Assembly (NCBI GenBank): GCA_000091205.1
Contig: AP006492.2
Source: Cyanidioschyzon merolae
Lineage: Eukaryota
DNA: 64,000 bases
Strand: one strand, 5' to 3'
Below the pieces are notes generated by a model. It was not told the origin of the DNA, did not search any database, and saw only the letters and a list, made by a program, of their open reading frames with translations. Below are positions 9,839-20,898 of the stretch, piece by piece (within the stretch, counting starts at the first letter, position 1; each line of letters starts with the position of its first letter). Made by a program: the position numbers and the translations under genes.

Positions 9839-12131
9839 CTAGGTACAGTGCAAAAAATCCAGTGTCAGCTGAAAAACAAAGAACGCCCTCAGCGTCGAAC
9901 GTCGCCGGTAGTGTGGAAGAATGGCGGTGAACGCGTCCGAGCCAAATCGTCTCGAACTGACGTGCAGACGCCTCCGCGTCTTTTTGGACCTGCCACCTAC
10001 TACTGCTTCCAACTTCTTCTCATATAATTCAACTTGAAAGCATTGTCCAACTAAATTCCTTCTTGTCCATTCTGGAGGTCTTTTCTCCTGCACTGCACAT
10101 CCCCGTATACTGACGGCGGCATTGAAGTCGCGGTTCACAAACTACATACGTTTCTCGCCATTTTTGGTACTTACCATGAAAGTAGTCCTCGAACGTTGGC
10201 CTTCCTTTCTATTTGCTCTTCCGTCATCGCTCCGTACTTTTTCATATCCGCAGGGCTCGGCTGGCATTTTTCTATCTCGACCCTCTGAAGTGTACACCCC
10301 AACACATGGTGCGTAAACGTTGTTCGGAACTCATCTACAGGTATCGTAACAAAACGCCGTGCGCACTCCTTGTACGTTCTTGTCGTTGGAGCTGGCGCAG
10401 TCCCTTTTTGGGTCTTCCATCGCCCTGCCCCATACGCTACTGAGAGCCTCTGACGTTCATCCTCCTTCAAGGCGCTCAACTGATTGAAAAAGTTGGCAAA
10501 CGCCCGCTGCTTCCCACAATACAAATTCATTCGCAGACGAGCCCACCGAGGCTTTGTATACTCCTCCCACAGTGCACCCCAATGAGCAACGAGAACTTCC
10601 ATGAATTTCCGAAAGGCTTGAAAGTCCGCTCCTCGGCTCGTGATCTCTCTCATAGCTTCCAGGTGATCCCTCAGTCCTGCAGTCCACGTCTCAATTTTTC
10701 TTGCATTCATGATTCCCGATTCTCGATAGTATCTCGCTCTCGAGAACCTCAAAAGACGCATGTCTTTCTGACGTAGCTTGCCGTCAATGCCATTTTCTGC
10801 ACGCTTGGGTACAGCGACGGCTATGATATTTGTGTTTCCGGGGTCCGCGCCAATGACAAAGTCATTATCCTCTACCTCCTGCGTCGCAGGATCCGCGTCC
10901 TTCTTATCTTCATGCTTCACCAAGGACAATATCGAGGACGGGCCAGGACGATCTCTCTTCAACCGCCGATAGAGTACACACATAGCTACTTCATCGGTTT
11001 CGATTATCCCAGTGAACTACGTTTGCTTGTTCATTTTGAGACGTTTGAAATCGAAGATATTCTTCCCGTACGTCTCCCGGTTTTCGCCGGTGAATTCCTC
11101 CCTGCTAACATTGAACTCCGGACTGATCTCCTTCATGATTCTGTAAAGGACAGCGGAGTCGATAGTCACAAAGTGTGACTTGATGTTGCACAACGGAACG
11201 ACGTTGAAGCGCTTCCCCATTAGGACAGCCTTCCATCTCTCCCATTCTTCATTTTTCCTCACTCAGCTTCACCTCTGCCTGGCGTTCGAGCTCTCGGTCC
11301 AGAAATACGAAATACCGCAGAATGAGGCGATAGTATCTTTCCGTATCTTTTTTCAACTCTGATATCTTTGCTGCGGGATTCGCCAGCCCCAAGAATGCAC
11401 GGTGCTCTTGTATAGCCGCGTGGATTACAGAAGCTTCATTCGTGCTCCTGCGTGGCGTCTTCTTGTGGACAAATTCGATCTCATCTTCATACTTTCGATC
11501 GTTGGTGATGCCATTGGTAATCGCCCATACTCCTTTGCGAGACAGGCCCGGGTATAGCGCAAACACGGCGCGTATCATGAAACGCTCCGGGTTCATAGTC
11601 AAATGGTTCCTCAGGTTCGTGAGTTACTCCATTGCCCCATAGTCGTACATACCCCCGTCACCCTTGTATCGAGTAAACTCAAAGGTGTAAATGGGATGTT
11701 TTTCGTGGAGGCCGTGAACCCGCTCATTTTCCCTCCGCGCTTTCTCTGTACCAAGCATCAGGCGGCGAATAAAGGTCATGTCGAAAACCTCATCCGGGAC
11801 CTCGACTGTTTCCATGTGCGCCACGTCTTCGTCTATCTCCCTCGCCAACTGTATCAGTCCTGACGACGCCCTGACAATACTCGTGGAGTACGAGTCGACA
11901 CGTTTTTTGATAGCGTCTCGCAACTTTTCCCTGTAGGGATCCTTGATTTGATTCAGGAGAAAGGCTTTCACCACCATCTCGTCCTACAGTTGTCTCTCTT
12001 GCCGCCTTCGATGTTGGGCCTCCCTCTTCGGTCCTTCTTCTCTTCCTTTTCTTCTGGACTAGGCAATGTTTTTTGTTTTTTCTGGCAGCCGGCGACCATG
12101 GGCCTGCAGGATCGTCGACTTGCTTTTTCAT
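9839..12131 (-). pseudogene. TnpB/Fanzor-like (OMEGA-type) nuclease pseudogene; largest member (copy C) of the composite repeat family; five consecutive minus-strand ORF pieces
   Basis: RuvC-I-like [17 protein letters not shown]. Fanzor-like GAGRWKTQKGTAPAP...VDEFRTT followed by HHVLGC...EKCQ (zinc-ribbon remnant). C-terminal NRDFNAAVSIRGCAV, the RuvC-III D-x-N-A-A-x-x-I motif. The N-terminal piece is basic and NLS-like (KKRKRRR). The reading frame is broken by an in-frame TAA at 11621-11623, an in-frame TAG at 11014-11016, a frameshift near 11249-11262, and a +1 frameshift plus TAG around 10139-10175. AT-richer than the flanking genes. Confidence 0.6.
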
Positions 12132-14919
12132 AGCAAGTCCACGATTTTTTTCGTTTTTTCGAGAAAGAACGCCCTTTGAAGCCTTCTGTTATGTATTGCG
12201 AAAAAACACTTGACAAGACTTGTTCGAAGTTTGAAACACAAATGAACTGAAAACTGTACTTGGATATGAAGTCAACGGAAATACATCTTTTACCTTAGGG
12301 CTACAAGCTAGAGATCAAGATCGCGTTTCCCTTCACCGGCGACATGCGCATAGCGTCAGTTGACTGCCTGATCTCCCAGGTGCGCTCACCGAGCGCGATT
12401 ATTCTTTCAGATGACAAAACGTTGACATTGACCATGGATCCCAGAATTCGGAATGGATAATGGCTTTCGGGAAAGCGTCCATGATGAAGCAACTACATCC
12501 AAGTTCCATTACCCATACTTCATCTCGGATATTCTGGTCGTTTCATACGTTCTGTCGTGTGCCGAGTGCCTACCGTGAGCACCCGCCGTAGCGCGTATAC
12601 CGCTGAAGCAGATGCTGCACGGAGACAGGACGGCGCTGCCGTACCGCTGAGGGCGTCGAACCGAGGCGCTTGTGGTGCATGCTGGTATGCCTGCGGCATG
12701 CTTTTTTCTGCCTCTATGCGTCCAAGGTACCGGCTTGTCCGACACTGCTATCCAGAGGAGCCTTCTCGCAGCTAGCCGTTCGCATATGTAACGTGAACTT
12801 GTTCACGCGTGCACCAGTGTGCTACTGAGACCAGCCAGGTACGCGCAGCTGGGTTCATGACGAACGTGTTTCATTTTCCCACTGAGCTCGGGCAATACGC
12901 AGATCGGCTCATACATGCTCTGGAACGCGCTGCGGAAGCGAACGCCGCCATTCTGTGGCTATCCGGGAGCAACAGCTGATTCGAGTTCATGGACTTTGGT
13001 ACAGCGCTCGGCTCCTTGTCAACGATGCTTGTCGTTGGCACCGAGGCTCGGCCGCTGTGCCTCAGTCGTTTGCAACGCGGCACCGAGAAGCGCGCTGCTG
13101 TACCATGTGTCACGAACGGGATGCGTGCGTTCGCACCAGGCACGACAGTGCACGCAAGCTGTTACGCATCGACTTCGGCGCTGCGGCCTCGGACGACTCG
13201 GCGTGCACGCATACCCACAGATGACGTGTACGTTGTAGCGTGCACCAACGACGACGTCGTTACCCTAGTTGTATATGAGATATACTCACCGGATTCCGAC
13301 TTGTATGTTTCGTACGTTCTTCATCAGGGATGTCAAGAACTGTAGTTTCAATGCCAGAGACACGAATCTGCAAACGTATTCGCGACTTTCCGAAATGTTG
13401 CTCGTGGCACAAGGTTAAACGTGCTCGAGCCGGTGCCTTGAGAGGCAGCGCAACGCCCTCGCATCACAATCTGACGTTTGAAGTGAGGTCGGCGCTCGGT
13501 GTATCTCAGGGCAAAGGCGTTCTTCTTTCGAGGAAAACCCGGCTGCGCTTGTTTGGTCCGCACTGGTGGGGAACGTAAGCTTCCCGACGAGAGCTGAGGC
13601 TCATTTGCTGTCTGCCAACTTTGGTGATGCATCCGAGGAAATCTGGTTCGATGCAGCGGCCTTGTATCAGCATCAAGCGCACGCTAGCGCTGCGGCAGCT
13701 GTTCGCGTTTCACTTGGCTGATTGCCTCAGCCGCCTGTATTCGAATGGATCACGAGCGTTGCTACGGTGATTTCGCTTGTACCGTAAGTCTTGGTCGTAA
13801 ATTGTTATCACGGCGCATGTCTGTGGGTTTGTTAGCGTCTCGATTCACGTAATGACATGGTGGGGATATTCGTTCTTCTTTGCCGTCGCCATTTTGCATG
13901 CCATATCCTGGGGTGGCCTATTCCAGAGCACGTGCCCAGACACAGCGCTTGCTGACGAACGATCGAAGGAATCCAAGCGCTTGTCCAAATCCGCATATGC
14001 AGGTGTGCCCGCAAAAGAGTGTCTCCAACACTCTCTGCGGCCATTTGTACGTTCTGTCGGCCTCAGCTCTGTAGTTACCCGATTGCATCGGAGCTTGATT
14101 GTTCCAGCAACGCTGCTCAATTGCAGTGTGAAACACTTGCATTGCTCTGACGTCGGATGCTGCTGAGATAGCGGGGAAGATCCGTGCCATTCTAGCTGAG
14201 ATAGCGAACGTTATGGTGAACTCCTGTCGAACACTTGTTCGGTATAAGGTGCGTTCCAGTACGACTCGGCGAGCGCTGCGCAGCTTACATCACTTTTCAG
14301 AAAAGAGACGTCGACGAACCCTGCAAGAATGACCGAGGCAGCGCAAAGAAAAAAAGCCAGCTAGCGTCTGGGTGACGAGGTCCAAGGCCTCGCTACCGAT
14401 CCCAACGCAGCTGCCAACTAAGAGATATTGCGAGAACCAGGTGAAAGGTTCAAAACTCGACTGGCAACACTCGTTTCAAATCAGCACACGCCGCAGTTGA
14501 TGTTGCTCTTCAAACGATTGCAAGCGTAACGAATCAGAGGAGCTGGTGGTTTTTACGTTTTCGCGTCGATTCGTCACACCACTTGCCTGTAGACATACGT
14601 AGCAACGGAGGCTGCTCCGTGTGCAATCACAAGAGCCGCGATCAGGGATGGCTATCTTCCAACGACTTGCAAAGCACCGTGACTGCAACACATGCGGCAG
14701 GGTCGACCGATGCCAGCAACAGCAGTTTCGCTTAGGCGGCCGCGGGCATGCAACCTGCGTCAGTTGCACTGCAGCCAGCTGTGCTTCCGCTCTGGCAACA
14801 GCGTAGGTGTGCGTGTGTGCGCTAAAGTTTACCGCACACGTAGCACATCAGGTACTTGAAGGGACTGCTTGGAAACCAAGCGTGGGTAAGAATTGGGACG
14901 GTTGAATTAATTGGTTTTC

Positions 14920-16740
14920 ATGCGACAAGCTTCACGGAAAACGAGCACCGGGACAACGGTACCTCGTTTGGAACGCGATGCTCAACCCGGCATTTCTGCT
15001 AGTTTCCTAGTTCTCATGAATAAACAAGTGCGGAAAAGCCTTACCTTCAACGACGAACACGTTTCTCGGCGAGCCGACGTGTTATGGGGACGCTTGTCAC
15101 TTTTTTTTAGCGGGAGCGGTCAGAAGCCTGCAGCGTCCTGTCGTGTGGTGGCGTTTCAAACCACGCTTTCGGGGATCACGAGCGTCTTTCAAGCACCAAG
15201 GCATACGACGCAAGCGCTGCGAGAACCAAGTTGTAGGCGACAAGGACTGCTTAAGAGGGCACGACCTGCACGCAGGAGCACTTTACCCGGGCGAGAACGA
15301 ACGCTAGCTGCTTCTCGTCGAACGCTATTCGTGCCACTGTACGCAAGTGCAAACGACAACGATCTGCGAGCGCAGCAAGAGTCCTCTTCCCGCGCGACCA
15401 TTCGCAATCGTTCAGCTACAACTCGCAGCGGCAACGACAGTAGTGTGAAAGAGGGAACCGAGCCCCAGCGTCCGCGAAGTGTATCCGAGGTAGCGGTGGA
15501 GCAGTTTGAGGAGCAGCCAGGGCCCTCAACGACGGTGATCGCGGCCACATTCGTCGCAATGTATCTTACAATTGGCACACTATTCTACTCTACAGTGGAA
15601 TCGTGGTCGCCACTCGATGCCCTCTACTTTGTCGTGCAGGCTGGGTTGAATGTGGGCTACGGGGATATCCAGCCGACGAAGGAGATCTCCCGTCTGTTCA
15701 CGGCAGCTTTTGTACTTGCTGGAAACCTGCTGCTTGGTGGAGCACTAGCGCTTTTTGTCCAAGGAGCATTGATGAAGCAAGAACGACTGATACAACAGTT
15801 TGCTGATGAATCCAACAAACTGCGCGTAACGATGGATGACGAAAACAACGACGGTGCCTGGGAGACGAATGCGGGTTCCGGCGTTGCTGGCTGGGCGGTA
15901 TCGCTGTTTAGTGATGCGGTGAGCTTTACCCGGGGCATTCATAAGGTTCTTTCTTCCTATGCAAAACGCGCGGGAAGACGACTCTCCAATGCTGCAGAAA
16001 ATGCGCTGAGCAGTTTCAGCGACGATGCCATGGACGCGCCACGCGGGATAGACCTACTTGTACGCGAGCTCTCTGCGGTTGGTGCCGCGTTCCTGAATAC
16101 CCCGTTGGGAAACGTCATCTCCTCTTATTCCATTTTATGGCTGTGGATTGGTTCAGGTACCGCTTTCGGAATGATTCACGAGCACTTGCCGTTTGCTGAT
16201 GCGTTACTCTTTTCGGTGAGCAGTTTGAGCACTTTGGGGATCAGTCCGCCGCCGTCCAGCGACCCCGTTTCGAGGCTGTTCTGCACTGTCTTTCTGCTCA
16301 GCGGTGTCGCGGTGTATGCGTTAACCCTAGGACGAGTGGCGAATTTCTTCGTCGACCGATACGAACGCGAGCAAGTTCGACGTCTCGTGACCACCCGTCT
16401 ACGTCTGCGGAAGAAACTGCAGCAGATAGCACGACGCTGCGATATTCACGACAACGCGGCAGCGCTGGCATGGAAGGCCCAGATGAGGAAGCAGCACGCA
16501 GAGCTTCTAGAGACGCCGCTTTGGCGGCCGCTTTCGGAAGCTGGCCTGGCATCCGCTACAACACCAGATCCAAGTCAGCGTACCGGTGAAGATGGCGACA
16601 AAGCGGAGCCATTGCCTGACGAGGAGACCTTGACCTGGGCTGAGTTTCTTGAGTGGAAGCTGCTCACCGAAGGTCGCATTTCAGTTGAGCGCCTGAGCGC
16701 TATTCGGCGGGAATTTGAGCAATGTTTCGAGAAGATGTAG
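14920..16740 (+). CDS. Tandem-pore (K2P/TPK-like) potassium channel, about 606 aa, with a long low-complexity N-terminus
   Basis: First pore loop SPLDALYFVVQAGLNVGYGDIQPT carries the GYGD selectivity filter and is flanked by hydrophobic helices. Second pore-like loop FADALLFSVSSLSTLGISPPP has a non-canonical filter. ATG at 14920; the track start at 14911 is TTG. Confidence 0.6.
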   Translation: MRQASRKTSTGTTVPRLERDAQPGISASFLVLMNKQVRKSLTFNDEHVSRRADVLWGRLSLFFSGSGQKPAASCRVVAFQTTLSGITSVFQAPRHTTQALREPSCRRQGLLKRARPARRSTLPGRERTLAASRRTLFVPLYASANDNDLRAQQESSSRATIRNRSATTRSGNDSSVKEGTEPQRPRSVSEVAVEQFEEQPGPSTTVIAATFVAMYLTIGTLFYSTVESWSPLDALYFVVQAGLNVGYGDIQPTKEISRLFTAAFVLAGNLLLGGALALFVQGALMKQERLIQQFADESNKLRVTMDDENNDGAWETNAGSGVAGWAVSLFSDAVSFTRGIHKVLSSYAKRAGRRLSNAAENALSSFSDDAMDAPRGIDLLVRELSAVGAAFLNTPLGNVISSYSILWLWIGSGTAFGMIHEHLPFADALLFSVSSLSTLGISPPPSSDPVSRLFCTVFLLSGVAVYALTLGRVANFFVDRYEREQVRRLVTTRLRLRKKLQQIARRCDIHDNAAALAWKAQMRKQHAELLETPLWRPLSEAGLASATTPDPSQRTGEDGDKAEPLPDEETLTWAEFLEWKLLTEGRISVERLSAIRREFEQCFEKM

Positions 16741-17060
16741 AGCTGGATCCGCAGTCTACCATAGCGACAAGCGAGCGTGCGTGCGCTCCTCGCTTTCGGC
16801 AAGAGCGGACGGCAACGCCCTACGATCCAGCGCACTTGCACCAGCTGTCTGATGAATGCAGCGCCTGAAGTCGAGCGTCGCGACCGCGGCACCGGCAGCA
16901 GCGGCAGCAGCACCCAAGATATCGAGAATTGCATGTGAGAACGGCGTGCAACAGGGTCGGTGCTAAACGCGCCCGTTCACCCATATGACCATCCAGCACC
17001 ATCGGGCGTGGAGCGTGCGGTCAGAATTCGAGGCAGGAGGCACCGCTAGGCATCGTGGCC

Positions 17061-19331
17061 TCAAGCGGCCTGCAGCCATTGATCAAGCAGACCGCAGAGA
17101 CGCTCCGCGTGATCGAGACCCGCTTTCAGCCTGCATACCGCATTGGCAAAGCGGAAAAGGGCGCCGGTCTCGCCGAGTACCAGTTCTCGCCAATGTAAAT
17201 CGATCAGACAAACACTTAAATCCAAGGCACCGTCCAGTGCCGCCGAAGCAGCACCCTCAAGACCGGCATGGACGCGCTCCAAGCGCTCCGAAACGTCCGT
17301 CAGGATGCAGCACACGTCTCGCAGAGGAAGTTGTCGCAGAACGTTTCGCGTATCTGAGCTGCTTGGTCGCGGATAGGCGTAGAGCGAGTTCACCAGCCTC
17401 CCTGTGGCGCCTGGGTGCTTTGCGTTGCTGTCTGCGGACTGCTTGTGTCGCAAATGATGAAGCAGAAGGCCAATCTGCTCCCCTACAGGCATATTGGTGC
17501 AGTGACAACCCAGTGGAATGAAAGGGATCAAATCACTGAGGGCGGGCATGGAGCTGGCCTCGGGAAAGGCCGCGCGCAGGTCTTTGTACTGCACGCGAAG
17601 ACATGCCCGCTGTTCCTGCAAGATACCGTGCGAAGATGCCACCGCCATAGCATTCTCGATGTACTTTTCACGCAGGCGCGCATTCAAGTGGAGCAAGTGC
17701 TCTCTCAACGAAAACGCGGACCCTGAATGGTCTGGTGGTTCCGTAGCGGCATGCGTTGCGGATCGCAATACGATACCCTGAGGGCTGTCGGCAAGTGCGC
17801 CGCTTCCGGTGGCATCCCTGTATGTGGGAAAGTTCTGTAAAGCTTTGACCCAGAGTTCCCACGATCCGATCTGGATCGCTGCGAGCAACGCCTCTTCCTG
17901 TTGGCAAAGCGCTTCGACGGAAGGCGCCTCACTGGACTGGTGCACCCGTTGCGTATCCAGCTTGCCAGCGGCGACTCGGTTGGCCTTAGACTGCGCAGGC
18001 AGACGCGCTTGTCCAGCCTGCAGACTCACCGCGGGGCCAGACGGCAGCGCTCCCGAGTCGTGGTCACGCAGGAGCCGAAGCATATCCGCCATTCGCAGCG
18101 TTGATGGCAGCGTTGCATGGAGCGAAACCAGCCAGCAATGGACGCCAGTAGACGGCACTTCCTCGCCCCAGCCGATCGACAGTTTGGCGGTATCCGCTTC
18201 GTAGCTGACCCACGCGGGGTACTGTTTCGCGAGTACCGGCGAATGTGTAGAGAACGTCCCATGCTGTTCTGATTCGTCTGTTTCAATGCGTAGAAGCTGG
18301 TGTCTCTGCCCAAACTCTACGTCCCAGAGTTGCAGGTGGCGCTTCCAGTGCTTGGCGGTAGCTTCCAGGTCACCAACAGTACACTGATTGCTTCGTAACT
18401 TGCGACGCAGGCCAACTTTCTGCTGTCCAGGAACAATGACCGGAGCAGGCGCTTCTGCTACCACGACGACACAGAATGGTGTGTTGGCGATACCCACCGC
18501 AAACAATCCTATCCAGGATGCAGATTTCCGGTTCTCATGCTCCAAAACTGTATCCGTACCTCCAGTGTTCGCTGCAGGAGCGCAGTCCGATTGTCGTCGT
18601 TTACCAGCGCGGTTCCGCTCGGCTGGACGCTGTGCTCCAGACGGTGTTTGTGATGTGTTCGGTTTTGCGGGCCTGAGCGCAGCATTCCGTTGACGCCGCA
18701 GATAAAGCTTCCTTTTGTCGGAGTGGTACTCAAATTGTAGTAACTGAAGGATTGAATTGTTCCAGAGGATCACGCAAGCTATTCCCCATGTATTCATCAT
18801 ATACTTCCCAGTAAATGTCTCTTCAGACAGTGGAACACTCCAGAGACTCGTGTCTAGGGGTTCGAGAGCACCCAGCTCTGCAGAGTACCCAGATTCTTGA
18901 CTTGAGGGCTCGGGCGTGTCTAATGCTGCCTCTAGCTGTTCGGACGGGTCCTTCACCAGCAAGCAAAGTTTGATGCCTCCTGAGGGATCACGGTTGCTCT
19001 GAAGCGCAATCACATAGCCATTTTTCAGTGTTAGCTGCGTGCTTAAGACAGGCGAACAGGGGGTATGCTGTCCTGCGCTGCAGCGAAACTGCTGGGACGT
19101 GACCGGGGAGCCCCTCTGCGCGACACTTTGACCCGGAATCGGCTCTAGAGCACGACTCGTTCCGGAGCCGTTAGCCAACACAGTGTCATCAATGCTATTG
19201 CTACTGTGGTTGCTGCCGTCCTCTGAGACGACGGCGAAAAACGACGTGTCTTCTCTCCGAACCTCCGCCACAACAACGTCTTCCGTGGAGTGCGGCTGGA
19301 GCAGTCTAGAGCCCACCGCCGCCGGGACCAT
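17061..19331 (-). CDS. Hypothetical protein, about 756 aa, with no domain recognisable by eye
   Basis: Long uninterrupted ORF with an ATG start (rc of cat at 19329-19331). Its GC and codon composition resemble neighbouring genes. The plus-strand ORFs overlapping it look like GC-rich shadow ORFs. Confidence 0.4.
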   Translation of the reverse strand: MVPAAVGSRLLQPHSTEDVVVAEVRREDTSFFAVVSEDGSNHSSNSIDDTVLANGSGTSRALEPIPGQSVAQRGSPVTSQQFRCSAGQHTPCSPVLSTQLTLKNGYVIALQSNRDPSGGIKLCLLVKDPSEQLEAALDTPEPSSQESGYSAELGALEPLDTSLWSVPLSEETFTGKYMMNTWGIACVILWNNSILQLLQFEYHSDKRKLYLRRQRNAALRPAKPNTSQTPSGAQRPAERNRAGKRRQSDCAPAANTGGTDTVLEHENRKSASWIGLFAVGIANTPFCVVVVAEAPAPVIVPGQQKVGLRRKLRSNQCTVGDLEATAKHWKRHLQLWDVEFGQRHQLLRIETDESEQHGTFSTHSPVLAKQYPAWVSYEADTAKLSIGWGEEVPSTGVHCWLVSLHATLPSTLRMADMLRLLRDHDSGALPSGPAVSLQAGQARLPAQSKANRVAAGKLDTQRVHQSSEAPSVEALCQQEEALLAAIQIGSWELWVKALQNFPTYRDATGSGALADSPQGIVLRSATHAATEPPDHSGSAFSLREHLLHLNARLREKYIENAMAVASSHGILQEQRACLRVQYKDLRAAFPEASSMPALSDLIPFIPLGCHCTNMPVGEQIGLLLHHLRHKQSADSNAKHPGATGRLVNSLYAYPRPSSSDTRNVLRQLPLRDVCCILTDVSERLERVHAGLEGAASAALDGALDLSVCLIDLHWRELVLGETGALFRFANAVCRLKAGLDHAERLCGLLDQWLQAA

Positions 19332-19836
19332 CACCCAGGCACGCACTAGAATTCTTGAAAACGCTTCCTAAGCGTGTAGCGGTTGCACTTTGATTGCTGT
19401 TTGGCTGGCCCCAGCGCCAAGGTCGCTTCCACGAAGCACAGGTGCCCAGAGCCAAGTGGCACTCGGCTAGATTTTTCCACCGCGCAGTTTACACCGGAGT
19501 ACCCCTGTTCCGGACGCAAAAAAAAGGTAGATCACGGACCCTGCACGCCACTGATCCTCAAGCTGGCAGTAGCTCCGGTGCGAAATCTTGCTGAACTCGT
19601 TGAACAGAGCCTTGTATCACTGAAACTACTACCGCCAGCGACGGCACAGTGCGCAGTTGCCTCTGGGTCGTACAATGCAGCGTACCGACAATTCGTTCTC
19701 AACTGGATAAACGGCGGTTTTACTGACGTGACCCTAGAAAGTCGTTGCTCGAAACTGTGCTTTTTTTGATCTGCGAATGTGCGCCTGGGGTCTGTTTCAG
19801 ATCTAGTTTGGCACCTTCTGCCCAGTTTCGGGCTCC

Positions 19837-20847
19837 ATGGAGCAAGACACAGCTGCAGCAAGTAATCGCCGGGTACTGCCCTCGCGCTCCACCCGAGGTC
19901 AGCGTCTTCACCAACTAATAGGCGAAGAACTCGAAGCAGATGACCTGTTCTGGAAGCAAGCGGCGTCTATTGATAGCTCAACGGAGGAGGACGATGATTT
20001 CGCGGTGTCAGAGGCCTCGGAACTGTCTTCCGCGGATGACGCGATCAGCTCAACAGAGGAGGCTGCAGAAGTGAACCCACTACCTACAGACTCGAATACT
20101 AAGGGTACGACAGAAGAAATCGATGAGGAACAAGAAGCCATCTTGAAGGAGCGGGAACGCCTTGAACGACTCAAGGTACGCAAGAAGCGCTATCGCTTTG
20201 GGAAGTACGAGGACCCCGCTTTGAAGGAGCGGGAAAGTTCGAAGCGTCCTCGCAGTAGCCGCAGTCGTTCAACTACGCAATCGGATTTGGATGCCCTGTA
20301 CAGCTCTCCAAAAGCTACACCCGATAGCTCTGAATGGTCTGTGTCCCGTGAGAGCCTCCGCCGAACCACCAAGGCGGCATCCGAAGAGACAGCGCGCTTG
20401 CTTGAGGAACGCGCTGCTACGAAGGCACAGCGTCAGCAGGAACGTCAGCGCCGCCGTGCTGAGCAGACGCCGCACTCTGGAGCGTTGAGTCAAGAGGAAC
20501 GCCTCGCAGAGGCGCTGCAAGTCACCGAACCAGCAAATCGACTTGAGCTTGAGCATCTGTTGGCACTGGCGGACGAGAAAGACTCAGCACTCAAGAGGCA
20601 AGCCAGGGCTCAACGTCAGCATCCGGCGTTGAAGACGAGCGTCATGCGCTGGTTCCGCGGCTATCGGCCTCAAAGCACAGGTGGGTATTGTGGAGGCTCC
20701 GCACCCGACAAGGCGTCTTCGGCCGACACGGTTTACGTAGAATGGGTCGCATTTCGTCAGGAGGAAGATATGCCGATGTTTTTGCGGAAATCTCAGCACG
20801 CACCACAGCAAATGTCAATGCCGAGCTCGTCCACAACTGAGCGTTGA
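19837..20847 (+). CDS. Hypothetical highly charged (acidic N-terminus, basic/coiled-coil middle) protein, 336 aa
   Basis: ATG-initiated ORF MEQDTAAASNRR... rich in D/E/S, then K/R/E/Q heptad-like runs. It is reminiscent of chromatin-associated acidic proteins but has no diagnostic motif. Confidence 0.4.
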   Translation: MEQDTAAASNRRVLPSRSTRGQRLHQLIGEELEADDLFWKQAASIDSSTEEDDDFAVSEASELSSADDAISSTEEAAEVNPLPTDSNTKGTTEEIDEEQEAILKERERLERLKVRKKRYRFGKYEDPALKERESSKRPRSSRSRSTTQSDLDALYSSPKATPDSSEWSVSRESLRRTTKAASEETARLLEERAATKAQRQQERQRRRAEQTPHSGALSQEERLAEALQVTEPANRLELEHLLALADEKDSALKRQARAQRQHPALKTSVMRWFRGYRPQSTGGYCGGSAPDKASSADTVYVEWVAFRQEEDMPMFLRKSQHAPQQMSMPSSSTTER

Positions 20848-20878
20848 GAGGTGGCGTCGACGAACCGTGTCAGCTGAG

Positions 20879-20898
20879 GCTGCTGCTGCTGCTGCTGC
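20879..20898. repeat. (GCT)6 microsatellite
   Basis: ctgctgctgctgctgctgc seen directly in sequence. Confidence 0.9.

Noticed and set aside
10142-10174. A 33-nt candidate spliceosomal intron in copy C with a perfect GTAAGTA donor and TAG acceptor. Removing it would join ...RGLLSW to FVNRDFNAAVSI in frame.
   Set aside because: Paralogous copies A and B encode a homologous 11-residue stretch at exactly this position (C: VSTKNGEKRM*, B: MSSTNVSRRMD, A: ESSTRYNKRKE). The 33 nt are therefore former coding sequence. Copy C simply carries a TAG where the paralogues have D/E, plus a +1 frameshift just upstream. This is a nonsense and frameshift pseudogene, not an intron.
10171-10983. Treating [17 protein letters not shown] as a definitive TnpB RuvC-I motif.
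   Set aside because: I did not reject it, but I downgraded it. The homologous position in other family copies (VFLVDETFL, VFIGDTAF) looks like the IS630/Tc1 first catalytic Asp motif. Both are hydrophobic-strand-plus-Asp motifs of RNase-H-fold nucleases and cannot be told apart by eye. This needs profile or structure comparison.
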